Source of the DNA: a virus
Taxonomy: Duplodnaviria; Heunggongvirae; Uroviricota; Caudoviricetes
Length of the DNA stretch: 64,000 bases
Direction: 5' to 3' (one strand)
IMG/VR virus record: IMGVR_UViG_3300045996_003062
Coordinates: 5,551-69,550 of that record
Shown: in pieces, positions 34,428 to 44,824 of the stretch
How positions within the stretch are numbered: position 1 is the first letter of the stretch
Layout of the letters: each line of letters begins with the position of its first letter
Position numbers and translations under genes: made by a program
The notes under the pieces: model-generated
Database searches by the model: none
Seen by the model: the letters and a program-made list of their open reading frames with translations, nothing else
What the model was told of the DNA's origin: nothing

Positions 34428-36465
34428 CATCACCGCGGCCACGAGACGGGCACGGGCCGCGGCAGCCACAGCCGCTAGACTGCGCCTGCGCCTCCCGCCG
34501 CGGCTGCGCATGTCGGAGTGGGCAGAGCGGCACCGCGTGCTGTCCGCGGAAAGCTCGGCCAATCATGGCGAGTGGCGGAATGAGCGCACCCCGTACGGCG
34601 TCGAGATCATGGACACGATCTCCGGCCGCTTGTTCAACGACATCACGGTCGTGGCCCCGTCTCAGAGCGCCAAGACAGAGCTGGGGATCCTGAATCCGAT
34701 CGGCTACTACATGGACCAGGAGCCCAGCTCCATCCTTGTGATTCAGCCGAACGTGAAGCCGATGGCGGAGTCGTTCTCAAAAGAGCGGCTGGCGCCCATG
34801 ATCCGCGATACGCCGCGGCTGCGCGGACGCGTGAAGGACGCGAAGTCGCGGGACTCCGGCAACACGATCCTCCAGAAGACGTTCCCGGGCGGGTTCATCG
34901 TCGTCGTCGGCGCCAACTCACCCGCCGGCCTCGCGTCGCGACCGATCCGGGTGGTGCTCGCCGACGAGATCGACCGCTGGCCGGCTTCGGCGGGTACAGA
35001 GGGCGACCCGCTGGCTCTCGCCGAGGCGCGAACGAAGACGTTCCGGCACCGAAAGAAGGTGGTGAAGGTCAGTTCTCCGGGCAACGAGGGCGAGAGTCGC
35101 ATTGAGAAGGAGTGGGCCAAGAGCGACCAGCGGCACTTTGAGGTGCCCTGTCCGCACTGCTCGCAGGTCGCGGGCGGGCCGTCTGGATGGCAGGTCCTTG
35201 AATGGCGCTGCACAGGTGGGAAGCCCGACATCCGTCCCGGCAAAGGGCCATTCCGCCTCGTTTGGGAGAAGACGGAGGACGAGCAGGGCCAGGTCACCCA
35301 TCATCCCGAGACGGTCGCGTACTTGTGCCGGCATTGCCACGCCCTCATTGAGGAGACGGCGAAGACGTGGATGCTCGCCAATGGTCGGTGGGTGCGGCAC
35401 AACCCCAACTCTTCGCGCGCCGGGTTCCACATCCCGGCGATGCTCCTGACGTGGGTGCGCTGGCACGAGATTGCCGAGGCGTGGCTGCGAGCAAAGGACG
35501 ACGACGAGGAGCGTAAGGCGTTCTTCAATACGGTGCTCGGCCTCCTCTACGTTCACGACGGCGTGCAGCTCGACCCGGACGCGCTCGCCAACCGGCGCGA
35601 GGCATTCTCCGCCGAGGTGCCTGGCGGAGCAGCCGTTCTGACAATGTCGCTTGACGTGCAGGGCAACCGCCTGGAGGCGGCAGTGTGGGCGTGGGGGGAG
35701 GGTGAGGAGTGCTGGCTGGTCTACTTCGAGCGGCTGGACGGAGATCCCAGCCAGGAGGACACGGAAGCGGAGAACGTCTGGGTCCGAGCAGAGAAGATAC
35801 TCAACCGCGAGTGGATCCACGAAAGCGGCGCGCGCATGCGGATCATGCGGTGCGCGGTGGACGCGGGTTACCTCACCGACCGCGTGTACAAGTTCACAAA
35901 ACCGCGGGAGGGTCGGGGGGTGTACGCGGTGATGGGGTCGGACGACCTGAAGGTCCCGCTCTCCCGCGCCACGCGGAACAACCGCGACAAGGTGAAGCTC
36001 TGGACGTTCAATCCCACAGCGTTCAAGGACGTTGTGTTCCCCCGCCTCACGAAGCCGTCGCCGGGTCCGGGCTACATGCACTTCGGCCTGTACGAGACGA
36101 CCAAGGTGGATGACGAGTTCCTTCGCCAGTTCGCGGCGGAGAAGCGGTCGGTGGAGTTCAAGGGCAACAAGGTGAAGGTGCGGTATGTGAAGCTGGCAGG
36201 AAAGCGGAATGAGGCCGTGGACCTCGCCACGATGGGGCTCGTCGCGCTCCGGACTCTGGGCGACTCGTTCGTGCGCAGTCTGGGGGTGGAGGTGAAGCGT
36301 CTGTGGAAGCGCGGCGTGAAAGAGAAGGAGGAGCGGGCTGAGGAGGAGCGGTCGAACCCCAAGCCGAGCGAACCCGACCCCCCCCCGTCTCCACCGCCGC
36401 CAGCCGCCCGCCGCCCGCCGCCTAGGCGGAGTGGGGGCGGCTGGGTGAACGGGTGGAAACGATGA
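34417..36465 (+). CDS. terminase large subunit, GpA family
   Basis: 682 aa; lambda gpA-like ATPase N-terminus and nuclease C-terminus. Confidence 0.85.
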   Translation: MEIDITAATRRARAAAATAARLRLRLPPRLRMSEWAERHRVLSAESSANHGEWRNERTPYGVEIMDTISGRLFNDITVVAPSQSAKTELGILNPIGYYMDQEPSSILVIQPNVKPMAESFSKERLAPMIRDTPRLRGRVKDAKSRDSGNTILQKTFPGGFIVVVGANSPAGLASRPIRVVLADEIDRWPASAGTEGDPLALAEARTKTFRHRKKVVKVSSPGNEGESRIEKEWAKSDQRHFEVPCPHCSQVAGGPSGWQVLEWRCTGGKPDIRPGKGPFRLVWEKTEDEQGQVTHHPETVAYLCRHCHALIEETAKTWMLANGRWVRHNPNSSRAGFHIPAMLLTWVRWHEIAEAWLRAKDDDEERKAFFNTVLGLLYVHDGVQLDPDALANRREAFSAEVPGGAAVLTMSLDVQGNRLEAAVWAWGEGEECWLVYFERLDGDPSQEDTEAENVWVRAEKILNREWIHESGARMRIMRCAVDAGYLTDRVYKFTKPREGRGVYAVMGSDDLKVPLSRATRNNRDKVKLWTFNPTAFKDVVFPRLTKPSPGPGYMHFGLYETTKVDDEFLRQFAAEKRSVEFKGNKVKVRYVKLAGKRNEAVDLATMGLVALRTLGDSFVRSLGVEVKRLWKRGVKEKEERAEEERSNPKPSEPDPPPSPPPPAARRPPPRRSGGGWVNGWKR

Positions 36466-36481
36466 CGATTGACGATGGCGC

Positions 36482-36626
36482 TTGACCCGTTGCCCGCGCG
36501 CCTGTAGTTTGTAGTCGTACGCGCGGGAGACCGCGCAAGCCATAGGGGCGCAGGCCCCGTGACGGACCCGTACGTGGGGGCCGTGCTGGAATCTTCGGAT
36601 TCCGGCACGGCCCCTTTCGCGTTTCT
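36482..36626 (+). promoter_or_regulatory. repeated late promoter-like plus structured leader element, copy 1
   Basis: TTGACC-N17-TAGTTT, then CAAGCCATAGGGGCGCAGGCCCC, box CGTGACGGACCCGTACGTGGGGGCCGTG and UUCG-capped hairpin GCCGTGCTGGAATC/GATTCCGGCACGGC. Confidence 0.45.
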
Positions 36627-36645
36627 TCCGCCCTGACCCCGCGCG

Positions 36646-37200
36646 ATGGCGACCACGACCTACACCCCACCGACCCGAGAGCCCGCCGAGCTGGTGGCCG
36701 GCGACTCGTGGCGGTGGGACAGGACCGTGGAGGAGTTCCCGCCGAGCGGCGGGTGGTCGCTGATCTACTACTTCAACGGCCCGTCCGCCTTCAGCGTCAC
36801 CGCGGCGACGTCCTCGCTCGGCGACTACTTCGAGGTGCGCGAGGCCGCAGCTACGAACGCGGCGCGGACGGCGGGCAACTACCGAGTCTCGGGCTACGCG
36901 ACGGGTGGAGCCGACCGGTTCCTCGTGTTCGACGGACGGGTCCAGGTGCATCCGAACCTCGCGACCGCGGCAGCGACCGTGACGCACGCGCGGCGGATGC
37001 TGACGCAGATCGAGGAAGCGCTGGAGGCGGTCACTCCGACCAGCGGGACGTTCGCGAAGATCGCAGTGAACGGGCGGGAGGTCACCTACGACCATGCGGG
37101 CCTGATGAAGATGCGCGGAATCTACGCGGCGATGGTCGCGGCGGAGGAGAACCCCCGCGGACGCTTCAGGGAGATTCCGTTCCGCTTCGCCCGGAGGTAG
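36646..37200 (+). CDS. hypothetical head/connector protein (gpW position)
   Basis: between terminase and portal. Confidence 0.4.
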   Translation: MATTTYTPPTREPAELVAGDSWRWDRTVEEFPPSGGWSLIYYFNGPSAFSVTAATSSLGDYFEVREAAATNAARTAGNYRVSGYATGGADRFLVFDGRVQVHPNLATAAATVTHARRMLTQIEEALEAVTPTSGTFAKIAVNGREVTYDHAGLMKMRGIYAAMVAAEENPRGRFREIPFRFARR

Positions 37201-37203
37201 CCC

Positions 37204-38856
37204 ATGCGCTCGTTCGAGATGCCGCGGCGCGCAGGGCTGAGCGAGCGGCTACGGAGCGCGGTGGCAGATGCGTTCGGCGGTCCACAGGCGGTGCGGATCG
37301 GCCATATCCGAGGGGCGCCGCAGGCGCAGGCCGCCGCCACTCCGGCGCCGCCGATGCGGATTCGCGCCAACTACCAGGGCGCCGCGGGCGGCCGGCTGCT
37401 GGGCGACTTCGCGGCGCCGATCGGCCACCCGGACACCGCGATCCGGTACGCGCTGCCGAATCTGCGGGCCAGGTCGCGGGACCTGTGGCGGAACAACTCT
37501 TATGTCGCCGGCTTTGCCAACTCGCTCCGCGACAACGTCATCGGGTCCGAGGGGATTCAGCTCCAGGCGCAGATCCGGAAGGCGGACGGCAAACTCGCAC
37601 TGCCCACGTGCAGGAAGATCGAGGACGGGTGGAGGCAGTGGGGCGAGGCCGGCACGGCGACGATTGACGGGATGACTTCGTGGCTCGACGTCGAGTGGTT
37701 GTGCATCGAGAGCGTGGCGCGGGATGGAGAGGTGTTCGTCCGCGAGCGCCCCGGGGCCGACAACCGCTTCGGGTACACGGTCGAACTGATCGCGGCGGAC
37801 CTGCTGGATGAGACCTACGACGTGCCGCTGAACGCGGCCGGGGTCGAGATCCGGATGGGGGTGGAGTTCGACACCGCGACGGGGAAGCGCCTGGGCTACT
37901 GGTTCTGGCCGCGCCACCCGGACAGCAGGTACGGCGGCGGCCGGGGGCAGAAGCGGGTGTGGGTGGCCGCGTCGGAGATCATCCACCTCTTCGTCCAGCA
38001 GTACGTCGGCCAGACCCGGGGAGTGCCGTGGCTGGCGCCGGTGATCGCGGACCTCTGGATGTTCGCGGGGCTGACGGAGGCGGAGTTGACCGCTGCCAGA
38101 CTGGAAGCCTGCAAGATGGGCTTCCTCGTGAACAAGTCGGACGCCGCGATCCAGTCCTACACCGACCAGCAGGCGCTGGTGAACCCGACCGGCGACGGGG
38201 AGCGAGAGCCGATTTCGATCGACGTCGCCCCTGCCCTGTTCTCGGAACTGCCGCCCGGGGTCGAGTTCCAGCAGTTCGACCCGAGCCACCCGAACGGCAA
38301 CATCGGGAACTTCTCGAAACTGATTCTCCGCGGGATCGCCCGCGGCATCGGCATCTCCTACGGCACCCTGACCGGCGACCTGTCGGAGGCCAACTACAGC
38401 AGCATGCGGGCGGGACTGCTGCCGGAACGGGACCGGTGGCGAACGGTGCAGAAGTGGTTCTGGACGCGGTTGCACTCGCGGGTCTACCGCGGGTGGGTGC
38501 GGATGGCGGTGCTGACGCCGTCGCTGCGGGTGGATAGCCGCCTCGCCTCCGACTACTACGCGGTCACGTGGAAGGGCCGGGGCTGGCGCCCGGTCGACCC
38601 GCTGAAGGACCGGCAGGCGGACCTACTCGCCTGGCAGATGAGGGTGAAGCCGCTGGCCGACATCGCGGCGGATGAGGGGCGCGATCTGGAGGAAGTGTTC
38701 GCGCAGATCGCATACGAACAGGAGCTGGCGGCAGAGATGGGGATCGTGTTGCCGGCGCCGCTCGACGCAGCCGGAGCCACGGGCCCGGGCCAGCCGGACG
38801 ACGAACAGCCGCAAGCAGAACCAAGCGCCCAGCGCGCGTCCCTGCGCGTGGCCTGA
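37204..38856 (+). CDS. portal protein, lambda family
   Basis: 550 aa; lambda gpB-like conserved core. Confidence 0.8.
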   Translation: MRSFEMPRRAGLSERLRSAVADAFGGPQAVRIGHIRGAPQAQAAATPAPPMRIRANYQGAAGGRLLGDFAAPIGHPDTAIRYALPNLRARSRDLWRNNSYVAGFANSLRDNVIGSEGIQLQAQIRKADGKLALPTCRKIEDGWRQWGEAGTATIDGMTSWLDVEWLCIESVARDGEVFVRERPGADNRFGYTVELIAADLLDETYDVPLNAAGVEIRMGVEFDTATGKRLGYWFWPRHPDSRYGGGRGQKRVWVAASEIIHLFVQQYVGQTRGVPWLAPVIADLWMFAGLTEAELTAARLEACKMGFLVNKSDAAIQSYTDQQALVNPTGDGEREPISIDVAPALFSELPPGVEFQQFDPSHPNGNIGNFSKLILRGIARGIGISYGTLTGDLSEANYSSMRAGLLPERDRWRTVQKWFWTRLHSRVYRGWVRMAVLTPSLRVDSRLASDYYAVTWKGRGWRPVDPLKDRQADLLAWQMRVKPLADIAADEGRDLEEVFAQIAYEQELAAEMGIVLPAPLDAAGATGPGQPDDEQPQAEPSAQRASLRVA

Positions 38857-38862
38857 ACGGAG

Positions 38863-41436
38863 ATGCCGATGCAGACCAGAGTACCGAGGCGAGTCCTACA
38901 AGCGGTGAACGGCACCCCGTTGGCCGTCACCGCTGCGAAGGCGGCGGAGGTGTCGGCGTTCCTGGCGGCCGTCGCGGCCGGCGAGCGGATGACGAAGGGG
39001 GCGGCCCGCCAGAAGTTCGGCGCCGCTCGTCGGCCCTCGCCGATGCAGGGTGGCGGCGTGGCGATAGTGCCGATTCACGGGACGATCGTTCACCGCATGG
39101 ACGGCATGTACTCCTCGCTCGGCACGAGCATGGAGCGGCTAGTTCGCCAGATCGACGCCGCCGAGGCCAACGACGACGTCGCCGAAATCATCTTCGACGT
39201 GGACTCCCCAGGCGGGTTCGTCTCCCTGGTCGGCGAGACGGCCGAGCGCATCCGGGCGATGAAGAAGCCCACCACCGCGGTCATCAACACACAGGGGTGC
39301 AGCGCCGCCTACGACCTCGCTGCGGCTGCTGACGAGGTGGTCATCTCCCCGTCAGGCGAGGCGTGCAGCATCGGTGTCTTCATGGTCCACATGGAGTTCT
39401 CCGAGATGGCCGAGCGGGAGGGTATCCGCCACACCGTCATCAAGTTCGGAGCGAACAAGGCCGAGGGGAACCCGTACGAGCCGCTGTCGCCCGAAGCACT
39501 CGCCCACATGCAGGAGCAGGTGGACGAGTTCGGCACCGCCTTCGTTGCGCGTGTCGCGAAGCATCGCGGCGTGACGCCGGCGCAGGTGCGGGAGCTGATG
39601 GGCGACGGCCGCTCGCTGACCGCGAAGCAGGCTGTGAAGGCGAAGGCCGCTGATCGCGTGGCCTCGTTCGAGGATGTCCTCGCCGAGCGCGGAGTCCGCC
39701 GTTCCGCCTCCGCGCGAGCCGCGATGGAGCTTCCCGCTCGCGCCGCCCTGGCCGCGACAGCCGGCTGGAACGTGGACTGGCGGCCTCTCGCCGTCGCCCC
39801 GCGGGTCCAGATCCTCGTGCCTTCGCACCTTGCCGCGGCCGAGCCCACGACTGAAGAGCCGGAGATGTGCCCCGACTGCGGCGAGGACCTGGACGGCGAA
39901 GGCGCGTGCCCGGAGTGCGCCGATGCGGAAGCCGCGAGCGTGACGCCGATGTCGGAGACGCCCCGGGCTGGGGTGGTGGAGACGCCGCCCGCCGAGCAGG
40001 CCCAGGCACCGCCGGGCGGAACGCAGGACGCCGCGAGTACCGAGACGACTGAAGAGCCGAGCGCGGGCGGGGCCGCGGCACCGGCAGCGAATGACCCCCC
40101 CGCATCCCAACCGGCCCCCGAGGCCAGGAGTTCGACCATGGCTGAGAACATGGAGCAGGTCCCGGCCGCCGGGGCCACTGCGGTGCAGGACACGGCCGCC
40201 GCCGTTGCAGCGGAGCGCCAGCGGATCTCGGAGGTGACTGCGATGGCGATGGAGTACAACGTCGACGCCACCACACTCGCCGCGTGGCAGAACAACCCGA
40301 ACGCGACGCTCGGATCCGTCTCGCAGGAGATCCTTCGGCGCAACAAGGAGGCTGACGCCGCTCGCCCCTCCATCGCCGTGGGCGCGGACCGCGCGACCAC
40401 GAGGGCGTGGAGCAGCTTCGGTGAGCAGCTTACGGCCATCGCCGAGGCGGCGCGGCCGGGCGGGCGCACCGACCCGCGGCTCTACGCTGCCTCCGGCGCG
40501 TCGGCGGGCGTCGGCAGCGACGGTGGGTTCCTCATCCAGAAGGACTTCTCGTCGGAGGTCTACGAGAAGGCGTACGAGACCGGCATCCTCGCCTCCCGCT
40601 GCGACCAGGTGGAGATCAGCGAAAACTCCGACGGGCTGGAGGTGCCGTACATCGACGAGACCTCGCGCGCCAACGGCTCGCGCTGGGGTGGCGTCCGCGT
40701 GTACCGCCGCGCCGAGGCCGCCACCGTGACCGCGTCGAAGCCGGCGCTCGGCAAGTTCGAGGTCCGGCTGGAGGACCTGATGGGCATCGCCTACGCGACC
40801 GGCCGGCTCCTCCAGGACGCGACCGCGCTGGAGCAGGTGATGACCCGGGCGTTCTCGTCCGAGTTCGCGTTCAAGCTGGACGACGAGATCATCCGCGGCA
40901 CCGGCGCAGGGGAGTGCCTGGGCGTGCTCAACAGCCCGGCCCTCGTGTCCGTCGCGAAGGAGACCGGGCAGACCGCCGACACGATCGTCGCGGAGAACGT
41001 GCAGAAGATCTGGGCGCGCACCTGGGCTCGCAGCCGCACCAACGGCGTCTGGCTCTACAACCAGGAGTGCGAGCCGCAGCTTCAGTCGATGCAGATCGGC
41101 ACCGGCACCTCGGCGCAGCTCGTCTACCTGCCCGCGGGCGGCCTCTCCGGCCAGCAGTTCGCCACGATCTACGGGCGCCCCGCTCTGCCGATCGAGCAGG
41201 CGTCCGCTCTCGGCGACCTGGGCGACATCATGTTCGTCGACCTCGCCGAGTACGCCCTGATCCGCAAGGGCGGGATGCAGGCCGACCAGAGCATGCACGT
41301 CCGGTTCATCTACGACGAGATGGCCTTCCGCTTCATCATGCGCGTGAACGGCAAGCCCAAGTGGGCCTCGGCCCTCACCCCGTTCAAGGGCAGCGGTACG
41401 CAGTCGCCGTTCGTCGCCCTCGCGGCTCGCGCCTAA
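38863..41436 (+). CDS. fused prohead protease (S49/ClpP-like), scaffold/linker and HK97-fold major capsid protein
   Basis: single 857 aa ORF; N-terminal S49 peptidase region; zinc ribbon CPDCGEDLDGEGACPEC; C-terminal HK97 capsid core. Confidence 0.7.
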   Translation: MPMQTRVPRRVLQAVNGTPLAVTAAKAAEVSAFLAAVAAGERMTKGAARQKFGAARRPSPMQGGGVAIVPIHGTIVHRMDGMYSSLGTSMERLVRQIDAAEANDDVAEIIFDVDSPGGFVSLVGETAERIRAMKKPTTAVINTQGCSAAYDLAAAADEVVISPSGEACSIGVFMVHMEFSEMAEREGIRHTVIKFGANKAEGNPYEPLSPEALAHMQEQVDEFGTAFVARVAKHRGVTPAQVRELMGDGRSLTAKQAVKAKAADRVASFEDVLAERGVRRSASARAAMELPARAALAATAGWNVDWRPLAVAPRVQILVPSHLAAAEPTTEEPEMCPDCGEDLDGEGACPECADAEAASVTPMSETPRAGVVETPPAEQAQAPPGGTQDAASTETTEEPSAGGAAAPAANDPPASQPAPEARSSTMAENMEQVPAAGATAVQDTAAAVAAERQRISEVTAMAMEYNVDATTLAAWQNNPNATLGSVSQEILRRNKEADAARPSIAVGADRATTRAWSSFGEQLTAIAEAARPGGRTDPRLYAASGASAGVGSDGGFLIQKDFSSEVYEKAYETGILASRCDQVEISENSDGLEVPYIDETSRANGSRWGGVRVYRRAEAATVTASKPALGKFEVRLEDLMGIAYATGRLLQDATALEQVMTRAFSSEFAFKLDDEIIRGTGAGECLGVLNSPALVSVAKETGQTADTIVAENVQKIWARTWARSRTNGVWLYNQECEPQLQSMQIGTGTSAQLVYLPAGGLSGQQFATIYGRPALPIEQASALGDLGDIMFVDLAEYALIRKGGMQADQSMHVRFIYDEMAFRFIMRVNGKPKWASALTPFKGSGTQSPFVALAARA

Positions 41437-41454
41437 CCCGAAAGGACGACTTCC

Positions 41455-41931
41455 ATGACCAGTCAGTGGACCGAGCGGAACCACGTCGTGAAGGGGCTGG
41501 ACCCGGTGGCGGATGCCTTCGCGGGCACCGTCACGAGTGACGTGGTGAGCCTGCGCGCGCACAACAAGGCCATCTTCGAGATCTACAAGGGCGTCGGCGC
41601 GACCGGCACCTCCACCGTCACCGTCGAGGCGTGCGACGACTTCGCCGCCTCGAACACCACCGCCGTCCCGTTCCGCTACCGTCGGTGCTGCAACACGGCC
41701 GACGTGCAGGGCGTGCTCACCGAGGCAACCGCCTCCGGGTTCGCCACCACGGCGGGGTCGTCCGAGATCTACGTGATCGAGGTCGCGGCGGCAGACCTGG
41801 CGGGGACGGACAAGGGCAACGTCCGGCTCAAGATGGTCGAGGTCGTCGACAGCCCGGTTCTCGGCGGCATCACGATCCGCCTCGCGGAGCCGACGTACGC
41901 GCAGGACGTCCAGCCCACCGCGATCGCGTAA
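41455..41931 (+). CDS. hypothetical head protein (possible decoration)
   Basis: position after capsid. Confidence 0.4.
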   Translation: MTSQWTERNHVVKGLDPVADAFAGTVTSDVVSLRAHNKAIFEIYKGVGATGTSTVTVEACDDFAASNTTAVPFRYRRCCNTADVQGVLTEATASGFATTAGSSEIYVIEVAAADLAGTDKGNVRLKMVEVVDSPVLGGITIRLAEPTYAQDVQPTAIA

Positions 41932-42026
41932 CCGACAGGAGGCGGCGGGCGGATGCCCGCCGCCTCGCCCCTGTTTCGGTCAACCACTGATCGGCGCCAG
42001 ACGGCGTCGGAACAGGAGATGTTCGG

Positions 42027-42764
42027 ATGTCCATCAAGGCCAAGTACGCAAGCCAGACGCTGCGCCACTTCGAGAGCACGACCCACGAGTCGGTACAGAT
42101 CCTCGCGCCGGTCCAGTACTACGACGACTTCCTCGGCGCCGCGACGGTGATCCCCGCCGCGGGATCGCCGGAGTCGGGGACCGAGTGGGTGAAGAAGATC
42201 GTGGGCGCCGCGCCCCCGACGCTGGCCGTCAAGGCAGATGCGGTGAGTGGCGTAGTGGAGGCCGCGCTCACGGCGGACTCCCAGAAGCAGAACGCCGAGC
42301 TGTACATGGACGACCAGCGGCAGTTCTCGCTGCTCCAGGGGCTGGTCTTCGAGGCGCGCTTCCGAGCGACCGTTCTCCCCACGGGGAACGCAGAGGCCGT
42401 GATCGGGCTCGTCGGAGACTGGGCCGATGGCCTGGACGCGGCCACCTACTCCGTGTTCGTCACGCTCGATGGTTCCGGCGAGATCATCTGCGAGATGGAC
42501 GACAACGCCACCGACCGCTCGGCGACCTCCGGCGTGACGCTGGTGGCGGACGAGTGGGCCATCGTCCGCATCGACGCCTCCGATCCGGCCGACGTTCTCT
42601 TCTATGTGAACGGCAACCGCGTGGCGTCGGGCACCACCTTCGCCTACGCGGCCACTGGCGCCAACGCCGTGCTCCAGCCGATCGCGGGCGTCTACAAGGC
42701 GAGCGGCACCGGCGTCGGCACGCTGGAGGTGGACTACATCCGCATCGCTCAGGAGCGGAGCTAA
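42027..42764 (+). CDS. hypothetical structural protein (beta-rich)
   Basis: track ORF. Confidence 0.4.
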   Translation: MSIKAKYASQTLRHFESTTHESVQILAPVQYYDDFLGAATVIPAAGSPESGTEWVKKIVGAAPPTLAVKADAVSGVVEAALTADSQKQNAELYMDDQRQFSLLQGLVFEARFRATVLPTGNAEAVIGLVGDWADGLDAATYSVFVTLDGSGEIICEMDDNATDRSATSGVTLVADEWAIVRIDASDPADVLFYVNGNRVASGTTFAYAATGANAVLQPIAGVYKASGTGVGTLEVDYIRIAQERS

Positions 42765-42771
42765 GCCGAAC

Positions 42772-43038
42772 ATGGGTGTCAAGTTCATGTCTGTTCCGGT
42801 GACGGCTCTCCTCCGCGCTGGAGAGGGCGGGTGGGCCGTCACGGTCCGCCCGCCTAGCGAGGCGATTCCGCCCGATGCGCGCGTCGTGGCCGCGGAACTG
42901 AGGACCGACCCGGAAGACGGAAGCCAGCAGGTCGAGCTGAAGATCGAAAGCTCCTCCTACCCGGCGGACAACGGGTGGAGGAACCGTGTGCCGGGGCGCC
43001 TGCTGGTCTCTCACCCTGACGGGACCTGGGAGCGGTGA
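42772..43038 (+). CDS. hypothetical protein
   Basis: track ORF. Confidence 0.35.
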   Translation: MGVKFMSVPVTALLRAGEGGWAVTVRPPSEAIPPDARVVAAELRTDPEDGSQQVELKIESSSYPADNGWRNRVPGRLLVSHPDGTWER

Positions 43039-43331
43039 ACGCCGCCCTGACCGAGGCCCTGTTCCGCGCCGCGTTCGGAGCGGCCGGTGTGTTCAACGGC
43101 GCGACGACCTACGGCCATCTGGACGTGGCCGACGAGGTCATGCTGGACAGCGCCGGCTACGACGGCGGCGTGACCGATGGCGTGCTGATCTACCGGTTCG
43201 CCACCGGGCGGCTCCCGGGCCTGCGCACCAACTCCGAAATGACGGTGGACGGAAACGCCTACCGCGTGTGGAAACTGATGCGGGAACAGGACGGCGGGGT
43301 CTCCGCCGCCTACCTCATCGACCCTGACTGA
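43035..43331 (+). CDS. head-tail connector-like protein
   Basis: position, size. Confidence 0.35.
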   Translation: MNAALTEALFRAAFGAAGVFNGATTYGHLDVADEVMLDSAGYDGGVTDGVLIYRFATGRLPGLRTNSEMTVDGNAYRVWKLMREQDGGVSAAYLIDPD

Positions 43332-43346
43332 CGAAAGGAGGACGGC

Positions 43347-43679
43347 GTGGCCGCTCTCTCGATCCAGACCGCCACCACGGCCGGCTTCGTCCCCTCGTTC
43401 GCCTCGGCGGCAGGCGGCGGAGACACGTTCGCGAACACCTACGGCGACGTGGTCCTCTACGTCGTCAACGGCGCCGGTGCGCCGATCACCGTGACGATCG
43501 ACTCGCCGACGACGTGCAGTCAGGGCGGGACGCATGATGTCGCGGTTGCCGTCACGAACGGCACCCGGCAGATCATCGGGCCCTTCGCCGTGTCGCGGTT
43601 CTCGTCCACCGTCTCGGTGACGTACAGCTCGGCGACGTCCGTGACCGTCGCTGCCGTCCGCGTCCCGCGCGCCGACTGA
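43347..43679 (+). CDS. hypothetical head-tail protein
   Basis: position. Confidence 0.35.
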   Translation: MAALSIQTATTAGFVPSFASAAGGGDTFANTYGDVVLYVVNGAGAPITVTIDSPTTCSQGGTHDVAVAVTNGTRQIIGPFAVSRFSSTVSVTYSSATSVTVAAVRVPRAD

Positions 43680-43682
43680 CCC

Positions 43683-44141
43683 ATGGCCGACAGCATCCGG
43701 GAGCGGATCATCGAGTTCTGCGTTCGGGCGCTGTCCGGCCCCGGGAAGCCGGCGGACCTCCACGTCCACCGCTACCGCACGACACCCCTGGAGAGCGACA
43801 CGCTCCCGGCGACGGTGGTCTACCTCGGTTCTCCCACGGACCGGATCGACGACGAGTCCGTGAACGCGGACCACGACAACGCCGTCGAGCGGGAGTTGAC
43901 CTTCACCCTGGAGCATCGGGTGAAGGCGGGCATCCCCGACAAGGCGCTGGGGCCGCTGCTCACGTGGGGCACCCAGGCGATGATGGCGGACCAGAAGTGC
44001 GGAGGGCTCGCCGTGAAGATGGACGAGATCGGCATCGGCTGGGAGGCGGTGCAGGCGGCCCACACGCTGGGCGCGGCGCACCAGATCTTCAAGGTGCTCT
44101 ACTACACGAAGAAGACCGACGACACGGAGCTGCCGGCATGA
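43683..44141 (+). CDS. tail terminator/completion-like protein
   Basis: position before major tail gene. Confidence 0.4.
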   Translation: MADSIRERIIEFCVRALSGPGKPADLHVHRYRTTPLESDTLPATVVYLGSPTDRIDDESVNADHDNAVERELTFTLEHRVKAGIPDKALGPLLTWGTQAMMADQKCGGLAVKMDEIGIGWEAVQAAHTLGAAHQIFKVLYYTKKTDDTELPA

Positions 44142-44374
44142 CCGAGAAGCGAGAGCGCCCGAAGTCCGCCGCCACGGCCGCGAAGTCGCCGCCCGCACCG
44201 GCCGGCGATCCGTGGACGACGGATGTGTGGGGGAGGTCGCGCCGGTTCGCCGGACACATCCGCTACCAGTGCAAGCTCTGCCCGCGCGACACGCTCGACG
44301 CGGACGAGATCCGAGAGCACGTGCAGCAGGCGCATGGGCTGCTGCTGGACGACAACGCCACGCCACAGGAGTAG
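44138..44374 (+). CDS. small zinc-finger protein
   Basis: YQCKLCPRDTLDADEIREHVQQAH. Confidence 0.4.
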   Translation: MTEKRERPKSAATAAKSPPAPAGDPWTTDVWGRSRRFAGHIRYQCKLCPRDTLDADEIREHVQQAHGLLLDDNATPQE

Positions 44375-44377
44375 CAC

Positions 44378-44806
44378 ATGGCCCGCTACGCTGCGAAGGG
44401 AACGCTGCTGAAGATCGGTGACGGGGGCGGCTCGGAAGTCTTCACGACCATCGCCCAGGTCATGACGATCTCCGGCCCCAGCCTGTCCATGGACACGCTC
44501 GACACCACCGACCACGATGCCGCGTCGTTCAAGACGTTCGTCGGATCGTACCGCGACGGCGGTGAGGTGACGCTGGAGATCCACTGGGACCCCGCGACGG
44601 CGACGCACGGGGTGACCACCGGTCTTCTGAAGAAGTTCAAGGACTCCAGCTCGCCGACGAACTACCAGCTCGTGTTCCCCGACACTGGGGCTACGACGTG
44701 GTCGTTCGCCGCGCTGGTCACGGCGTTCGCGCCCTCGGCCCCGCACGACGGCAAGCTCACGGCCTCCGTCACCCTGAAGGTCTCCGGCGCTCCGACGCTG
44801 GCGTAA
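44378..44806 (+). CDS. major tail (tube) protein
   Basis: 142 aa; immediately upstream of G/GT chaperones. Confidence 0.6.
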   Translation: MARYAAKGTLLKIGDGGGSEVFTTIAQVMTISGPSLSMDTLDTTDHDAASFKTFVGSYRDGGEVTLEIHWDPATATHGVTTGLLKKFKDSSSPTNYQLVFPDTGATTWSFAALVTAFAPSAPHDGKLTASVTLKVSGAPTLA

Positions 44807-44824
44807 CCCTGAACCGGATCTCTC

